Positions 38,844 through 49,400 of a DNA stretch of 64,000 bases are shown here, piece after piece. The notes under the pieces were generated by a model that worked only from the letters and a program-made list of their open reading frames with translations, made no database searches and was not told the origin of the DNA. The position numbers and the translations under genes are program-made. Positions within the stretch are counted from its first letter, which is position 1. The number at the start of each line of letters is the position of its first letter. Origin of the DNA: Candidatus Saccharicenans sp. (GTDB taxonomy: Bacteria > Acidobacteriota > Aminicenantia > Aminicenantales > Saccharicenantaceae); NCBI GenBank assembly GCA_017992175.1, contig JAGOPD010000005.1, positions 6,580 to 70,579 of the forward strand, in the 5' to 3' direction.

Positions 38844-39983
38844 TTAGCCTTCTGGCCTTTCCTTTTTTTCCTGAATAACTATCTTCCGTTTGGCCAGTTC
38901 TGTCCGGACAAAATTAAAGATCTCAGGCTCCAGGCCCAGATACTCCGGCGCGACTATTCCTGTTGTCTTAATCAGGCCCTGAGCCAGAGCTCTGGCCACG
39001 GCCGTAGCCGTATAGCCAGTAGTCCTGGCCATGCTATGAATTCCGGTTTTCGGGTCAAAGCGGTCAAAAAGATCATAGGTTAATTTCAGTGGCTGGCCGC
39101 CTTTTTGACCGCTGATGATAACTCTCAAGACGGTCAGATCTGCTTCGCCTTCTTCCGGCCTGAGCCGGGGGAAAAGGATTCTGGCCGCCAGGTCAACCGG
39201 CCTTATTTTTTGTCCGGCTATTTCTACCGGTTGATTATCAAAGAAACCGGCCTGTCTTAGAGCCAGCATTTTTTCCCGGTGACCAGGGTAACGAAGTGTT
39301 TTTTCAATCATTTGCGGGACGGTGAGAGTGTCAATCATGGTCCGCAGGCCATCGGTATTAAAGGCTTCCAGCGTTCCCAGATTTTCAAACTCCATAAGCT
39401 CAGGCTCAGATAAGGCCGGCTTGGTCACCAGCTGCCCATTTTCCACACATCTGGCTGGTCTCAAATATTCTTCGATAACATCAACTGGAGAGAAGACCGC
39501 CTGGTATTCGAAGGGCCACTTTCTGATCACAGGCAGGCCGCCGACATAAATCTGGATGGAGAAAGTCTGATCCAGCTGGCTGAGTCCGTAACCGGCCAGC
39601 ATATTGCTCAATCCCGGAGCCACCCCGCAATCAACGGCCGCCGTCAGGTTATATTCCTTAGCGACCGGTTCCAGCTCCATTGGATTTTCGGGGAAAAAAG
39701 AAATGTCAACGACCTTCCGCCCAGCTGCCAGGCAGGCCCGGAGGCTTTGAAAGCCTAAGTAACCTGGTACGGCGTTTATGACCAGATCATAATTTTTGAC
39801 TATTTCGCTTATAGTTTCAGGCCGGCTTAAATCCCGTTGAATGGTTTTTATTCCGGCCGCAGCCAGTTCGGCCAGGCTTTCTGGCTTCAAATCAACCGAG
39901 GTCAGGCTGAACCCTGGCTCAGAGGCCAGATCGAGGGCCATGGCTTTGCCCACCAGCCCCGCTCCAAGAACGATGATTTTCAT
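38844..39983 (-). CDS. Saccharopine dehydrogenase-family NAD(P)-dependent oxidoreductase
   Basis: N-terminal Rossmann motif IIVLGAGLVG and saccharopine-dehydrogenase-like length and architecture. Confidence 0.75.
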   Translation of the reverse strand: MKIIVLGAGLVGKAMALDLASEPGFSLTSVDLKPESLAELAAAGIKTIQRDLSRPETISEIVKNYDLVINAVPGYLGFQSLRACLAAGRKVVDISFFPENPMELEPVAKEYNLTAAVDCGVAPGLSNMLAGYGLSQLDQTFSIQIYVGGLPVIRKWPFEYQAVFSPVDVIEEYLRPARCVENGQLVTKPALSEPELMEFENLGTLEAFNTDGLRTMIDTLTVPQMIEKTLRYPGHREKMLALRQAGFFDNQPVEIAGQKIRPVDLAARILFPRLRPEEGEADLTVLRVIISGQKGGQPLKLTYDLFDRFDPKTGIHSMARTTGYTATAVARALAQGLIKTTGIVAPEYLGLEPEIFNFVRTELAKRKIVIQEKKERPEG

Positions 39984-40206
39984 TGATCTTCTCCTTGTTA
40001 AATTATTTTAAAGAGGTAAAGGGGATAAAAAAACTGGAAATTATAAACCACTGAAGTGATTAAGGTAATCGATCATTGTCCAAAAACTAACCATCGAAAA
40101 AATCATCATCTCTCTGTCTGCCTCCAGGAGGAAACGGCCGATCATTTAAACCAACGGCCGTCCTGACCAGGCTGACCACAGCCTGGCCTGTCCGGTTAGA
40201 ATTACC

Positions 40207-41448
40207 TTACTCTGATTTGAAAGCCTGCTTGATTTCCTCCAGGCTGACTCCCAGAAGTTTCTTAGCTATGGGTTCCAGGTCTTTCTCTTCGCCCTGAAGA
40301 TGGATGGTAGTGTGAACATGGCTGAGTGATTCACCGGGTTTGAGAGTTGCTCCGGGAGAAGAGGATTCCAGTTCATAAAAAGAGCCCAGAGACTTGGCTC
40401 CGGGAGCGGTTGGCCCGTCATTGTAGGCATTGACCACATCGCCATCATAAGGGTCTTTCTGGATTTCCCAGAGAGAATTAATATAGTCGGCCGGATTTTC
40501 GGGCAGGCTATAATGGACAATAGTTAAAACCTGATGGATGGGATCATAGCTGCCAAGGAAGGGCAGCGCCCGCCGGGGCGGAATCCCTAATTTGCTGCGA
40601 TACTGGCCGTCTGCTTTAAAATAAATGACTTTATCCGTAATCTTTAATCTCTCTGGAGGTATTTTGCCAAAATAGGTGTCATGAACGACCGGCCCAAGTT
40701 CTGATTCTGGCCCTGGCTTAAAAGGGACAACCACGGTGGTGGCTGGAGAAGGGTTGAACATGCCCAGAATCCAGATGGAAACCAGCCCGTTTTCTTTGGT
40801 CCAGGGCAGGTCGCCCGCATTAGTAATCCGGTTATCCGATTCAAAAGCTACCCAGTCCAGATTATCAGTTAAAGGCAGGCCCAGTGATTCTAATTGATTT
40901 TTATCGAGCAAGCGAATTGTCCGATCGGCTCTGATTTTGAATTCAAAGTTAGCATAATTGGTCAGGTTCATTTCTTTCTTTAAAACTACCTGATTTCTAT
41001 CCTTGGACACCAGCTCAAAACTGCCCTCATTCACCGGCGGCGGGGTAAACCAGTGATCCAGATCAAAAGGCGAGCCATTTTTAAAAAAGAGTGAGAACTG
41101 ACCGCCTTCCGGACCAAGCCAGAAACGGTCTTCACCACCAAAAGCGTTCATGTGGATATTGTTCTGGCCAGAGCCAATTAATTCCTGATTGATCCAGCCA
41201 AGGCTCAGGCCCTCAGGACCTTTAGCGGTGCTGGTCATCACTCTACCCTGAATATCAGGATTGACGGCCACCATAGCCTGGCCATCCCGGTTTGAAAGAA
41301 CAATGACTCCAGTTTTGGCCTGGAGAAAGTTCAGGTCTTCCTTAAAAAGCCGGACTGGATCTTTGGCCGCCGGCTGGCTGCAAGCTGTTATCAGCAAAAA
41401 AGAAACAACAGATAGGGTTAGAATCAAGCCGGTTATGGTGCTTCTCAT
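40207..41448 (-). CDS. Hypothetical lipoprotein (possibly galactose-mutarotase-like beta-sandwich)
   Basis: Signal peptide with lipobox LITAC. A GGEDRFWLGPE motif resembles mutarotase-like DUF families, but this is a weak recollection. Confidence 0.6.
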   Translation of the reverse strand: MRSTITGLILTLSVVSFLLITACSQPAAKDPVRLFKEDLNFLQAKTGVIVLSNRDGQAMVAVNPDIQGRVMTSTAKGPEGLSLGWINQELIGSGQNNIHMNAFGGEDRFWLGPEGGQFSLFFKNGSPFDLDHWFTPPPVNEGSFELVSKDRNQVVLKKEMNLTNYANFEFKIRADRTIRLLDKNQLESLGLPLTDNLDWVAFESDNRITNAGDLPWTKENGLVSIWILGMFNPSPATTVVVPFKPGPESELGPVVHDTYFGKIPPERLKITDKVIYFKADGQYRSKLGIPPRRALPFLGSYDPIHQVLTIVHYSLPENPADYINSLWEIQKDPYDGDVVNAYNDGPTAPGAKSLGSFYELESSSPGATLKPGESLSHVHTTIHLQGEEKDLEPIAKKLLGVSLEEIKQAFKSE

Positions 41449-41548
41449 TTTCTACCTCCTCGTGGGACTAAAATAAAAATATCAATTTAAGGCTGATTTC
41501 TCAAGACCTAAATTTCGAAAGCTGAGACCTTTATTGGCCGGCAGCTTG

Positions 41549-42646
41549 CTATTTTTTCCCCATCGCCCGGGCAAACCACTGCCAGATTTTCCGGTGGAAT
41601 TCAAGGCTCGGTGGATTGTTGTTAAGAATATTCCAGTAGCTATCGGGGGTATCACCGGGCACCAGACTGATCTTGAAATTTTCATCCCACAGACGATAGT
41701 TCTCAGGGTGAAACTGGATCCCGAGGACATTGGCATATCTGGTATGCCTTATAGCTTCAATGATTTTGCCATCGGAAGAAAGGGCCGCGACTTTAAAGCC
41801 CTGACCGAGTTGATCAATAGCCTGGTGGTGAGAACTCAAAATGCGGGGATGATCTTTCTCCGAGAAGCCGAGGGTTTTAATAAAAAATTCCCCGGGCAGA
41901 AGATTCAACCGGTGAAAAGTATAGCCAGAAAGATTTAGATCTGGTCTGAGCTTTCGGTAAGGATTATTATGCCAGCAATCAGGCCCAAGGGCGATGATAT
42001 CTTCCAGGCTATTCTGATTATAAATCTCTGACCAGATATCCTGAATAAGTGTTCCCCCGGTCCCGACATTAAGGCTCTGAGCGCCGAGGCAAATACCAAG
42101 AACTGGCAGCTTCGGTCTGGATTCGAGTAAGGGTTTAAAGTTTTTATCCTGCGAGCCTCCCAGAAAATGAAAAATAGCTGACAGTTCAAAATAATGGCGA
42201 TAGGGATCCTCAATGACTGTCAGTTGATTGGTCTCTTCCTTAAAAACCGAAGGGGGAATATCGGGCCCCCCGAAGAAAATTATTCCATCAGAATTATTTA
42301 TTATCCAGACAAACTCGGGGCTACAGGCATTTTGACGGAAAATGTCCGACTCACTGATCTCAGCCGAAACCGGGTGGAAATGCATCCAGGCCAGGTTATT
42401 AGCTTTTGCATATTTTATGGCTGCTTCATAATCGGTTAATTCTTTTTTATGATAGACACCGGTAACTTCCAGCTCCGGGATATTAATAAACCCTTTTTCC
42501 CTCAGCGCTTGAAGATTTTTAATGGTGCCGACAGATGGATAGAAGACGGTTAAGCGGACCGTCCTGGCTGAAGCGGGAAGGTCGAAGACACCGGCGATAA
42601 GTGTCAGAGCCAGGATAGCCACCACCAGAACCTTATTATTTTCCAT
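41549..42646 (-). CDS. Secreted class-I glutamine amidotransferase-like hydrolase (peptidase C26 / gamma-glutamyl hydrolase family)
   Basis: N-terminal signal peptide. Nucleophile elbow GICLGAQ and His-Glu motif IQFHPE, plus HHQAI. Confidence 0.8.
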   Translation of the reverse strand: MENNKVLVVAILALTLIAGVFDLPASARTVRLTVFYPSVGTIKNLQALREKGFINIPELEVTGVYHKKELTDYEAAIKYAKANNLAWMHFHPVSAEISESDIFRQNACSPEFVWIINNSDGIIFFGGPDIPPSVFKEETNQLTVIEDPYRHYFELSAIFHFLGGSQDKNFKPLLESRPKLPVLGICLGAQSLNVGTGGTLIQDIWSEIYNQNSLEDIIALGPDCWHNNPYRKLRPDLNLSGYTFHRLNLLPGEFFIKTLGFSEKDHPRILSSHHQAIDQLGQGFKVAALSSDGKIIEAIRHTRYANVLGIQFHPENYRLWDENFKISLVPGDTPDSYWNILNNNPPSLEFHRKIWQWFARAMGKK

Positions 42647-42744
42647 AGAAATCTCCTTTTATAGTCTTCAGACCTATATTTTCATCATTTTACTGAGGTT
42701 ATGCAATGGGAGATTATTAGCTCTAAAGCCAGCCAAAAAAACGT

Positions 42745-42774
42745 TTGACATCTGATATTAAAATAGCTTATACA
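42745..42774 (+). promoter_or_regulatory. Putative sigma-70-type promoter TTGACA-18 nt-TATACA upstream of the TonB-dependent-type receptor
   Basis: TTGACA at 42745-42750 and TATACA at 42769-42774, about 140 nt upstream of ATG 42914, which has an AGGAGG RBS. Confidence 0.35.
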
Positions 42775-42913
42775 TCTAATGTGAAACTAAATATATCAGA
42801 TTATACAGGAGGTGATAATTTTGTGGAGTGCAGCGTAATAGTTTAAATGACTCGGTGTGATTGATCTAAGAATTGGAATGAAAACTCTCGTTTTGAGATA
42901 CTCAGGAGGTAAA

Positions 42914-45900
42914 ATGAGAAGAAAAAAGCTTTTCTTAGTGATGGCAATTTTCCTGGCTCTAAGTTCTGGACTATCGCTTTTTGGCCAGATTTCCAGCCGG
43001 GAAACAGGCTCGATTCGCGGTGTCATTACCGATGAAGAGGGCGTCCCCCTGCCCGGTGCCAATATCCTGGTCAGCGGCCCCAGTCTGATGGGCAAAGCGA
43101 CTGATGTGACCAGGGCTGACGGGACATTCAGAATTCTGTTATTGCCGCCTGGCCTTTATACCATGACGGTCGAGCTTTCTGGTTTTCAGACCTATATTGA
43201 AGAGAGCATTGAAGTCCGGGTTGGCTTGACGATTACCAGAAACATTAAATTAAGTATCAAAAAGATGGAAGAAGAAGTAACGGTAGTCGGGGCGGCCCCG
43301 GTCGTTGACGTCAAGGCTTCCAAGACCCAGCAAATCTATAAAGCTGACTTAATCCAGAGCCTGCCCATTGGCCGCAATCTGAATTCCATTATTACTCTTA
43401 CTCCCGGGACGGTTGATGCCAGTAACATTAAAGGAGCTACCGCCGCCGGCAATACCTATCAAATTGATGGCCTTAATGCTAATGATGCGACCCAGCAGCA
43501 ACTCAGCATCCCGGTCGATTTTAATGTTCTGGAGGAAGTTGAGGTTCTGACCGGTGGGGCTCCAGCTGAAGTTGGCTGGACTCTGGGAGGTTTCGTCAAC
43601 GCTATTACCAAGTCCGGCGGAAATAAATTCTCCGGCCTGCTTCAGGGCTACTATACTAACGAAGACCTGACCAGGGCTGTCGTCCCAACCGAGCAATTAA
43701 AAGCCATGGGCTTGTCGAAACCATCTTCAGCTATTTATGACTATGATCTTTCCGGCGGGTTTGGCGGTCCGATTATTAAAGACAAGATCTGGTTTTATGT
43801 TGATGGGCGTTATGCCAGAAATGCCTATCATTCCAGTTTTATTCCCTTTGTTTCTCCCTATGACGGAACTGCTTATGATAACTTTGACCGGAAAAGTAAA
43901 ACCTGGGCGGCCTTTGGCAAATTGACTTTTCAGTTAGCTCAAAATGTCAAACTGGCGGTGATGGGTAATATTCAGCAGACGACTGACAATACCGCTGCCT
44001 CTGGCTGGAATATACCTTTTGATTGCCTGTATAAAACTGATCCCTGGGCTAATTATGCTTTTACCGGGGTTTTGACCTGGATGATTAACAGTAACACTCT
44101 GTTTGAAGCCAGGGCTGGCTATGCGACGGTCGATGCTACCTTACCTTTTGTCCGCTCCGAGCAGACCAATGTTCCCTATATGTGGGATGGTTATACTGGC
44201 TATTATTTCGGGAGCGGATATTATGCTGATCAGTGGAATGGCCGTCCATCTGTTCAGGCTTCTGCTCATCTGACCAGGTTTGTTGATAATTTTCTTGGAG
44301 CTGACCACGAATTCAAGATAGGAGCTGAGATCCAACGGGGGGCTGCCAAGTGGGCTAACTGGAAGAATAACACCATGGAATGGCCCTGGTATAATAACAA
44401 CCCTTATTACTGGACCGCTCAAGGCTATCCACGGGAATGGTATGGAGATGGCTATATCGGCTTCTGGGCTCTCGGACAGAATAAAAACGACAGCATGGTC
44501 GAAGGCGATTTCACCCGGTATGGCGGCTATCTCCAGGATTCGCTGACCATTAAGAACAGGCTGACCATCAATCTGGGCCTCCGCTTTGATGGCACCAAAG
44601 GCTGGATTCCTGACATTCACAAGGGTGAAACAGGCAGCTTTGCCAGTGAATTAGGTGCTTTATTAATTGAACCTGAAATCGGCTTTAACCCCTACGGTCA
44701 GTTTGACATGGAAGGGGTCAGTAATATGGCTGACTGGTTTAATATTTCGCCCAGAATCGGCCTTACCTATGATCTTTTTGGCGATGGAAAAACAGCTGTG
44801 AAATTTAATTATGGCCTCTATCGCGAATCAATCTGGGGCTCAATCATTTACAAGTGCCACCCGCTTTACTACAAGGAATACTATTTCAACTGGTGGGATG
44901 AGAATGGCAATGGCCAGCCTGACGCCCCCAGCCTGGGTGACTATTATGAGATGATGTGGTCCTGGTCGAACCCGGCCGAAATGCTCAGGGAAAACTGGAT
45001 CACCGGCATTTCACCTGATACCAAGGCACCCTATGACGAGCAGATCGTTGTTGGACTTGATCATGAGCTTTTTAAGAATTTCAAAGTCAGCCTGAACTAC
45101 ATGTACAAAGTTAAAAAGAACATTCTGGACGATGCCCTGTATGATCTGGAGACAGGCCAGACCTGGTATAACCCAACAACCACGCCCGGTAATGAGTACT
45201 GGGTGCCCTTTACGACCACTGTTCCGGCAGCTGGCAGTTTCCCTGCTCAGGAAGTGACCATGTACTTTATGAGTAATGATGCTCCTCAAAACTGGATTCT
45301 CCAGGTCAGAAATATTCCTGAGGGTTTCCGCAAATATTCGGCTTTTGAACTGTCTTTTGAGAAACGTTTTTCCCATGGCTGGCAGCTGGGTGGTTCGATT
45401 AACTATTCTAAGACCTGGGGCAATATGCAGGGTGGTTACAATGATATTCATGGCTATACCTCGGCCGCCAATGATGCTAACTGGTTTGTTTATAGCGATG
45501 GCCGGACCTATGACGATCGCCCGCTGGTTATCAAACTCTTCGGTTCGTTTAACATTCCCTATGGATTTGTGGCTTCCTTTAATTACCGCTTCAGCAGTGG
45601 CACTCCCTGGGCTCGCGGTGTAACCGTAGTTCCTCCAGAAGATTGGGCAGCGGCGAATAACATTAATATCTATAATACCTATTATGTTAATCTCGAAGCT
45701 GTCGGCACCAGACGGTATTATTCCTACAACATTCTTGATGCCCGCCTGGAAAAGATTTTCAGCCTGAAAAAATATGGCCGTTTGGGCCTGTTTGTTGATA
45801 TCTTTAACCTGCTGGGCCAGCACTATATCAACATCAATCAGAATCCGGGTGGAACCTGGATGCCGGTTGATAATAACTCAGGGGTGGGAACCTATAATAT

Positions 45901-45979
45901 GAGCGGCACCTTTAAGAAGATAACCAGCATTTCCAATCTGACCCGAACGCTCAGATTCTCAGTCCGCTATAGCTTTTGA
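42914..45979 (+). CDS. TonB-dependent-receptor-like outer-membrane beta-barrel with N-terminal carboxypeptidase-regulatory-like domain
   Basis: Signal peptide MRRKKLFLVMAIFLALSSG, a CarboxypepD_reg-like domain (GVITDEEGVPLPGANILV...DGTFRI..LPPGLYT), a plug-like region, a long Tyr/Gly/Asn/Trp-rich barrel and a C-terminal aromatic residue (RYSF). Start moved to 42914. Confidence 0.85.
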   Translation: MRRKKLFLVMAIFLALSSGLSLFGQISSRETGSIRGVITDEEGVPLPGANILVSGPSLMGKATDVTRADGTFRILLLPPGLYTMTVELSGFQTYIEESIEVRVGLTITRNIKLSIKKMEEEVTVVGAAPVVDVKASKTQQIYKADLIQSLPIGRNLNSIITLTPGTVDASNIKGATAAGNTYQIDGLNANDATQQQLSIPVDFNVLEEVEVLTGGAPAEVGWTLGGFVNAITKSGGNKFSGLLQGYYTNEDLTRAVVPTEQLKAMGLSKPSSAIYDYDLSGGFGGPIIKDKIWFYVDGRYARNAYHSSFIPFVSPYDGTAYDNFDRKSKTWAAFGKLTFQLAQNVKLAVMGNIQQTTDNTAASGWNIPFDCLYKTDPWANYAFTGVLTWMINSNTLFEARAGYATVDATLPFVRSEQTNVPYMWDGYTGYYFGSGYYADQWNGRPSVQASAHLTRFVDNFLGADHEFKIGAEIQRGAAKWANWKNNTMEWPWYNNNPYYWTAQGYPREWYGDGYIGFWALGQNKNDSMVEGDFTRYGGYLQDSLTIKNRLTINLGLRFDGTKGWIPDIHKGETGSFASELGALLIEPEIGFNPYGQFDMEGVSNMADWFNISPRIGLTYDLFGDGKTAVKFNYGLYRESIWGSIIYKCHPLYYKEYYFNWWDENGNGQPDAPSLGDYYEMMWSWSNPAEMLRENWITGISPDTKAPYDEQIVVGLDHELFKNFKVSLNYMYKVKKNILDDALYDLETGQTWYNPTTTPGNEYWVPFTTTVPAAGSFPAQEVTMYFMSNDAPQNWILQVRNIPEGFRKYSAFELSFEKRFSHGWQLGGSINYSKTWGNMQGGYNDIHGYTSAANDANWFVYSDGRTYDDRPLVIKLFGSFNIPYGFVASFNYRFSSGTPWARGVTVVPPEDWAAANNINIYNTYYVNLEAVGTRRYYSYNILDARLEKIFSLKKYGRLGLFVDIFNLLGQHYININQNPGGTWMPVDNNSGVGTYNMSGTFKKITSISNLTRTLRFSVRYSF

Positions 45980-46000
45980 TAACTGCTTCTAACTGAGTTG

Positions 46001-46042
46001 AAAAGGGGAGGAATCAGCTGATTTCTCCCCTTTTTCTTTTTC
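46001..46042 (+). terminator. Rho-independent terminator
   Basis: GGGGAGGAATCAG / CTGATTTCTCCCC stem (one mismatch) followed by TTTTTCTTTTT, 22 nt after the receptor stop. Confidence 0.8.
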
Positions 46043-46228
46043 AGCCAGCCGATTATCAGCAAGTGGTTGCCTTTAGCCTGAGGCTAAAAAGATAGGGGCG
46101 GTTCTAAATTTCTGCCGGCCAGGGCCAAAGCCTGTTGGCTTGTTTGCCAGGCATTTTGAATTGGCCGGGGCCTATGAGCTAAAATAAAGATGGGAAAAAG
46201 TTGCTGACTGCCGACAGCCTTTAGCAAA

Positions 46229-46459
46229 ATGAAGATTGAGAGTGTTGAGTTTTATGCCGGTGGCTACGGACAGGAAAAACCCTTAGCCGTTTATGCAGAG
46301 GGGAAACGTTATCTGGTCGAAAAGGTGATTTCAAAAAAGAGGATTATGGATAGCCGGTCAGGTCAGATTAAAGAAGTTTTTAAATGCCAGCTGGCCGGTG
46401 GAGAAATAGTCAAAATAGAGAAAGAGCTGCTGGCCGGTCAAAATCAGTCCGGGGGATAG
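46229..46459 (+). CDS. Small hypothetical protein (76 aa)
   Basis: The only sizeable ORF in a 512-bp gap. No clear RBS and no recognisable family. Confidence 0.3.
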   Translation: MKIESVEFYAGGYGQEKPLAVYAEGKRYLVEKVISKKRIMDSRSGQIKEVFKCQLAGGEIVKIEKELLAGQNQSGG

Positions 46460-46491
46460 ACCTGCGGTCTTCTCTCGTCTAAAATGTCAGT

Positions 46492-49400
46492 GTGAGTCTT
46501 GAGTTTATTCTGGATCTGCCAGAGTTCAAGGCCCTGGTAGAAAAACTGAAACGGGGGGAGGACTGTCTTAATTTATCAGGTTTAATCCCTGAGGCCAGGG
46601 CTTATTTTTATGCCCTGTTAGCTGGCCAGATAGACAGGCCGCTGGTAATTATTGAACCCCAGGCCTGGTCTCTGGAGGAAATCGAACAGGAAATTAAAAA
46701 CCTGCTGGGTTTTTTCTCTATCAGGCGGGAAGTCCAGTCGCTGCCGGCTCTAAGCTCTGATCCCTATTTAGAGGTTCCGGTACCACTGGAAACGGTGGCT
46801 TCCAGGTTAAAGGTCCTGTATAACTTGAGCCAGGGACAGCAGCCTATCATTCTGACCAATCTCGCCGGGCTTCTCAAGCGAGTTCCCCGGCCGGAAGATC
46901 TGTCCAGGTCAGTGGTGAAGTTAAATCGCGGTCAGGCTTTTGGCCGGGATCTTTTGCTCCAGCAGCTGGCTGAATATGGCTACACTCAAGAGGATCTGGT
47001 CTCATCAGCCGGAGAATACGCTTTCCGGGGCGGGATAGTTGATATTTATTCTGTCTGGTCAAAAAATCCCTTCCGCCTGGAGTTTATTGAAAACCAGGTG
47101 GCCTCGATCCGCGAATTTGATCCATCTACGCAGAGGTCAGTTAGCCGGCTCGAATGGATTCTTATTCCTTCCCTTAAAGAATATCCCGGCGGCCAGGAGT
47201 TCAGGGAGGAGTTTAAACGGCAGGCCAGAAAAAGGGAAACTGGTTTAGCTGACCTTGAGAAAAAAATCAAGCTCTGGGAAGAAGGAGAAGTCCTGCCCCC
47301 TTTTGACTATTATGCCCTGGCTGCCGGCGGTCATTTCCAGCCTTTTAGCTCCTATTTATCCAACCCGCTGTTTATCCTGGAAGAGAAAGACCTGGTGGAC
47401 AGGGAATGGGAAGAGCAATTTGAGAGCTGGGAAAAAAATTATGATAGTCTCAGCCAGCAAAAGAGTTTTGCCATTCCGCCCGAAGAAATCTTTTCTCTTG
47501 ATTTCTTAGAGGCTATCAAAAACAAATCAGTTTATTTGCAGGAATTTTCAGAAGAGACTGAGCGTCCAACCATCCAGTTAGGTTTTCAACCCGTGCCGAG
47601 ATTTGATAACCGGATTCCCTTTTTCCTTCAATATCTAAAAAAACGCCAGGAAGAAAGAGACCTCTGCTATATCTTATTATCCAACCCGGGGAAAAAAGAC
47701 CGGCTGGCCCATCTCCTGCAGGAAAACGATTTGACAGTCAAAACTGTTTCGGACGTCAAAGAGGAACCCAGAGGCGAGGAAATCAACCTGGTCGAAGGCC
47801 AGCTCCAAAAAGGCTTCAGCTACCCCCGGCAAAAAATTTATATTTTTGCTGAAAAGGATGTTTTTACCGAAGAAAGGGTCCTGGTCAGCCGGCCGGCCAG
47901 AAAACTCTTTTTTTCACAGTTTCAGGATTTAAAGCAGGGTGATTATGTGGTTCATACGGAATACGGGGTTGGCTTATTTGATGGCTTAAAAAAAATTGAC
48001 CTGGACGGGCAGCCTCGCGATTTTATTGAACTGATCTACCGTGATGACGATCGCTTATTGGTTCCGGTTGAGGATCTAAACTTTGTTCAGAAATTTGCCA
48101 GCTCAGCCGGGGTTAGTCCTCAGCTGGATAAGCTGGGCGGGCAGACCTGGATTAAAACCAGAGCCAGAGTGAAAAAAGCAGCCGAAGAAATTGCTCAGGA
48201 ACTGATTGAACTTTATGCCAGGCGGAAAACTGCCCAGGGCTTTGCCTTCAGTCCTGAAGGGCAATGGGAAAGAGAGTTTGATCAGATTTTTGCTTATGAA
48301 GAAACTGACGACCAGGCCCGGGCCATCCAGGAAGTCCGGAGAGATATGGAGTCAGCCCAGCCGATGGACAGGTTGCTCTGCGGCGACGTTGGCTATGGGA
48401 AAACGGAAGTGGCCATGAGAGCTGCTTTTAAGGCAGCGATGGATGGGAAACAGGTAGCAGTCCTCTGTCCAACGACAGTTCTGGCCAATCAGCATTTGAC
48501 CACCTTCCGGCAAAGGATGATGCTTTTCCCGGTCAGGATTGAAGGGCTGACCAGATTACAGACTAAAAAGGAACAACAGAAAATCCTGGCCGATTTAAAG
48601 AAGGGTTTTGTTGATATCGTTATTGGCACCCACCGCTTGCTGTCGTCTGACGTCGAATTCAAAGATCTAGGTTTGCTGATCATTGATGAAGAGCAGCGGT
48701 TTGGAGTTAGCCATAAAGAAAAAATAAAGAAACTAAAAACCAACGTTGATGTCCTGACCCTGACGGCTACTCCGATTCCCAGGACGCTCAACCTGGCTTT
48801 AAGCGGCTTGCGCGACATCAGCCTAATCGAGACGGCGCCGCGTGACCGGCTGGCAGTGCATACGGTGGTAGCCCCTTTTAATAGCCGGCTGGTGGCCTCG
48901 GCGGTCAAGCAGGAGCTGGAGCGGTCGGGCCAGGTCTACTATATTCACAACCGGATAGAAGACATCGACCGGATAGCCAGGCTGGTGGAAAAGCTGGTGC
49001 CTGAGGCCCGGGTTATAACCATCCACGGTCAGATGCCAGGGAGTGAACTGGAAAAGAGAATGTCAGCCTTTATCGATCAGAAATATAATGTTCTTATTTC
49101 GACGACTATCATTGAAAATGGTATAGATATTCCTCTGGTCAATACTCTGATTGTTGACCGGGCAGACCTTTATGGCCTGGCCCAGCTGTACCAGCTGCGA
49201 GGCCGGGTCGGACGTTCTTCCCGCCAGGCTTATGCCTATTTTTTAGTGCCACCCCTGTCTGAACTGACAGCTGAAGCCAGGGAAAGGCTCAAGGCTTTGA
49301 AGGAATTCAGCGAACTGGGCTCCGGCTTCCGGCTGGCGGCCAGAGATCTGGAGATTCGCGGGGCCGGGAATATACTTGGCCACCGGCAGCATGGATTTAT

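Noticed and set aside
38757-39083. 108-aa plus-strand ORF after the VKOR gene
   Set aside because: Most of it overlaps, in antisense, the 3' end of the saccharopine-dehydrogenase-family gene. It has a low-complexity, Phe/Pro-rich translation.
40134-40186. Two hairpins downstream of the lipoprotein gene: ACGGCCG-14 nt-CGGCCGT and CCAGGCTG-4 nt-CAGCCTGG
   Set aside because: Neither is followed by a U-run on the relevant (minus) strand, so I cannot support an intrinsic terminator or a specific RNA.
45011-45823. 270-aa minus-strand ORF, and also 44141-44620 (159 aa), inside the TonB-dependent-type receptor gene
   Set aside because: These are antisense shadow ORFs with no family resemblance. The plus-strand frame has a clear OMP-like sequence through to the C-terminal Phe.
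48624-48641. TGGCACCCACCGCTTGCT inside mfd resembling a -24/-12 element
   Set aside because: The spacing between GG and GC is wrong (14 rather than 12), and it is in the middle of a CDS.
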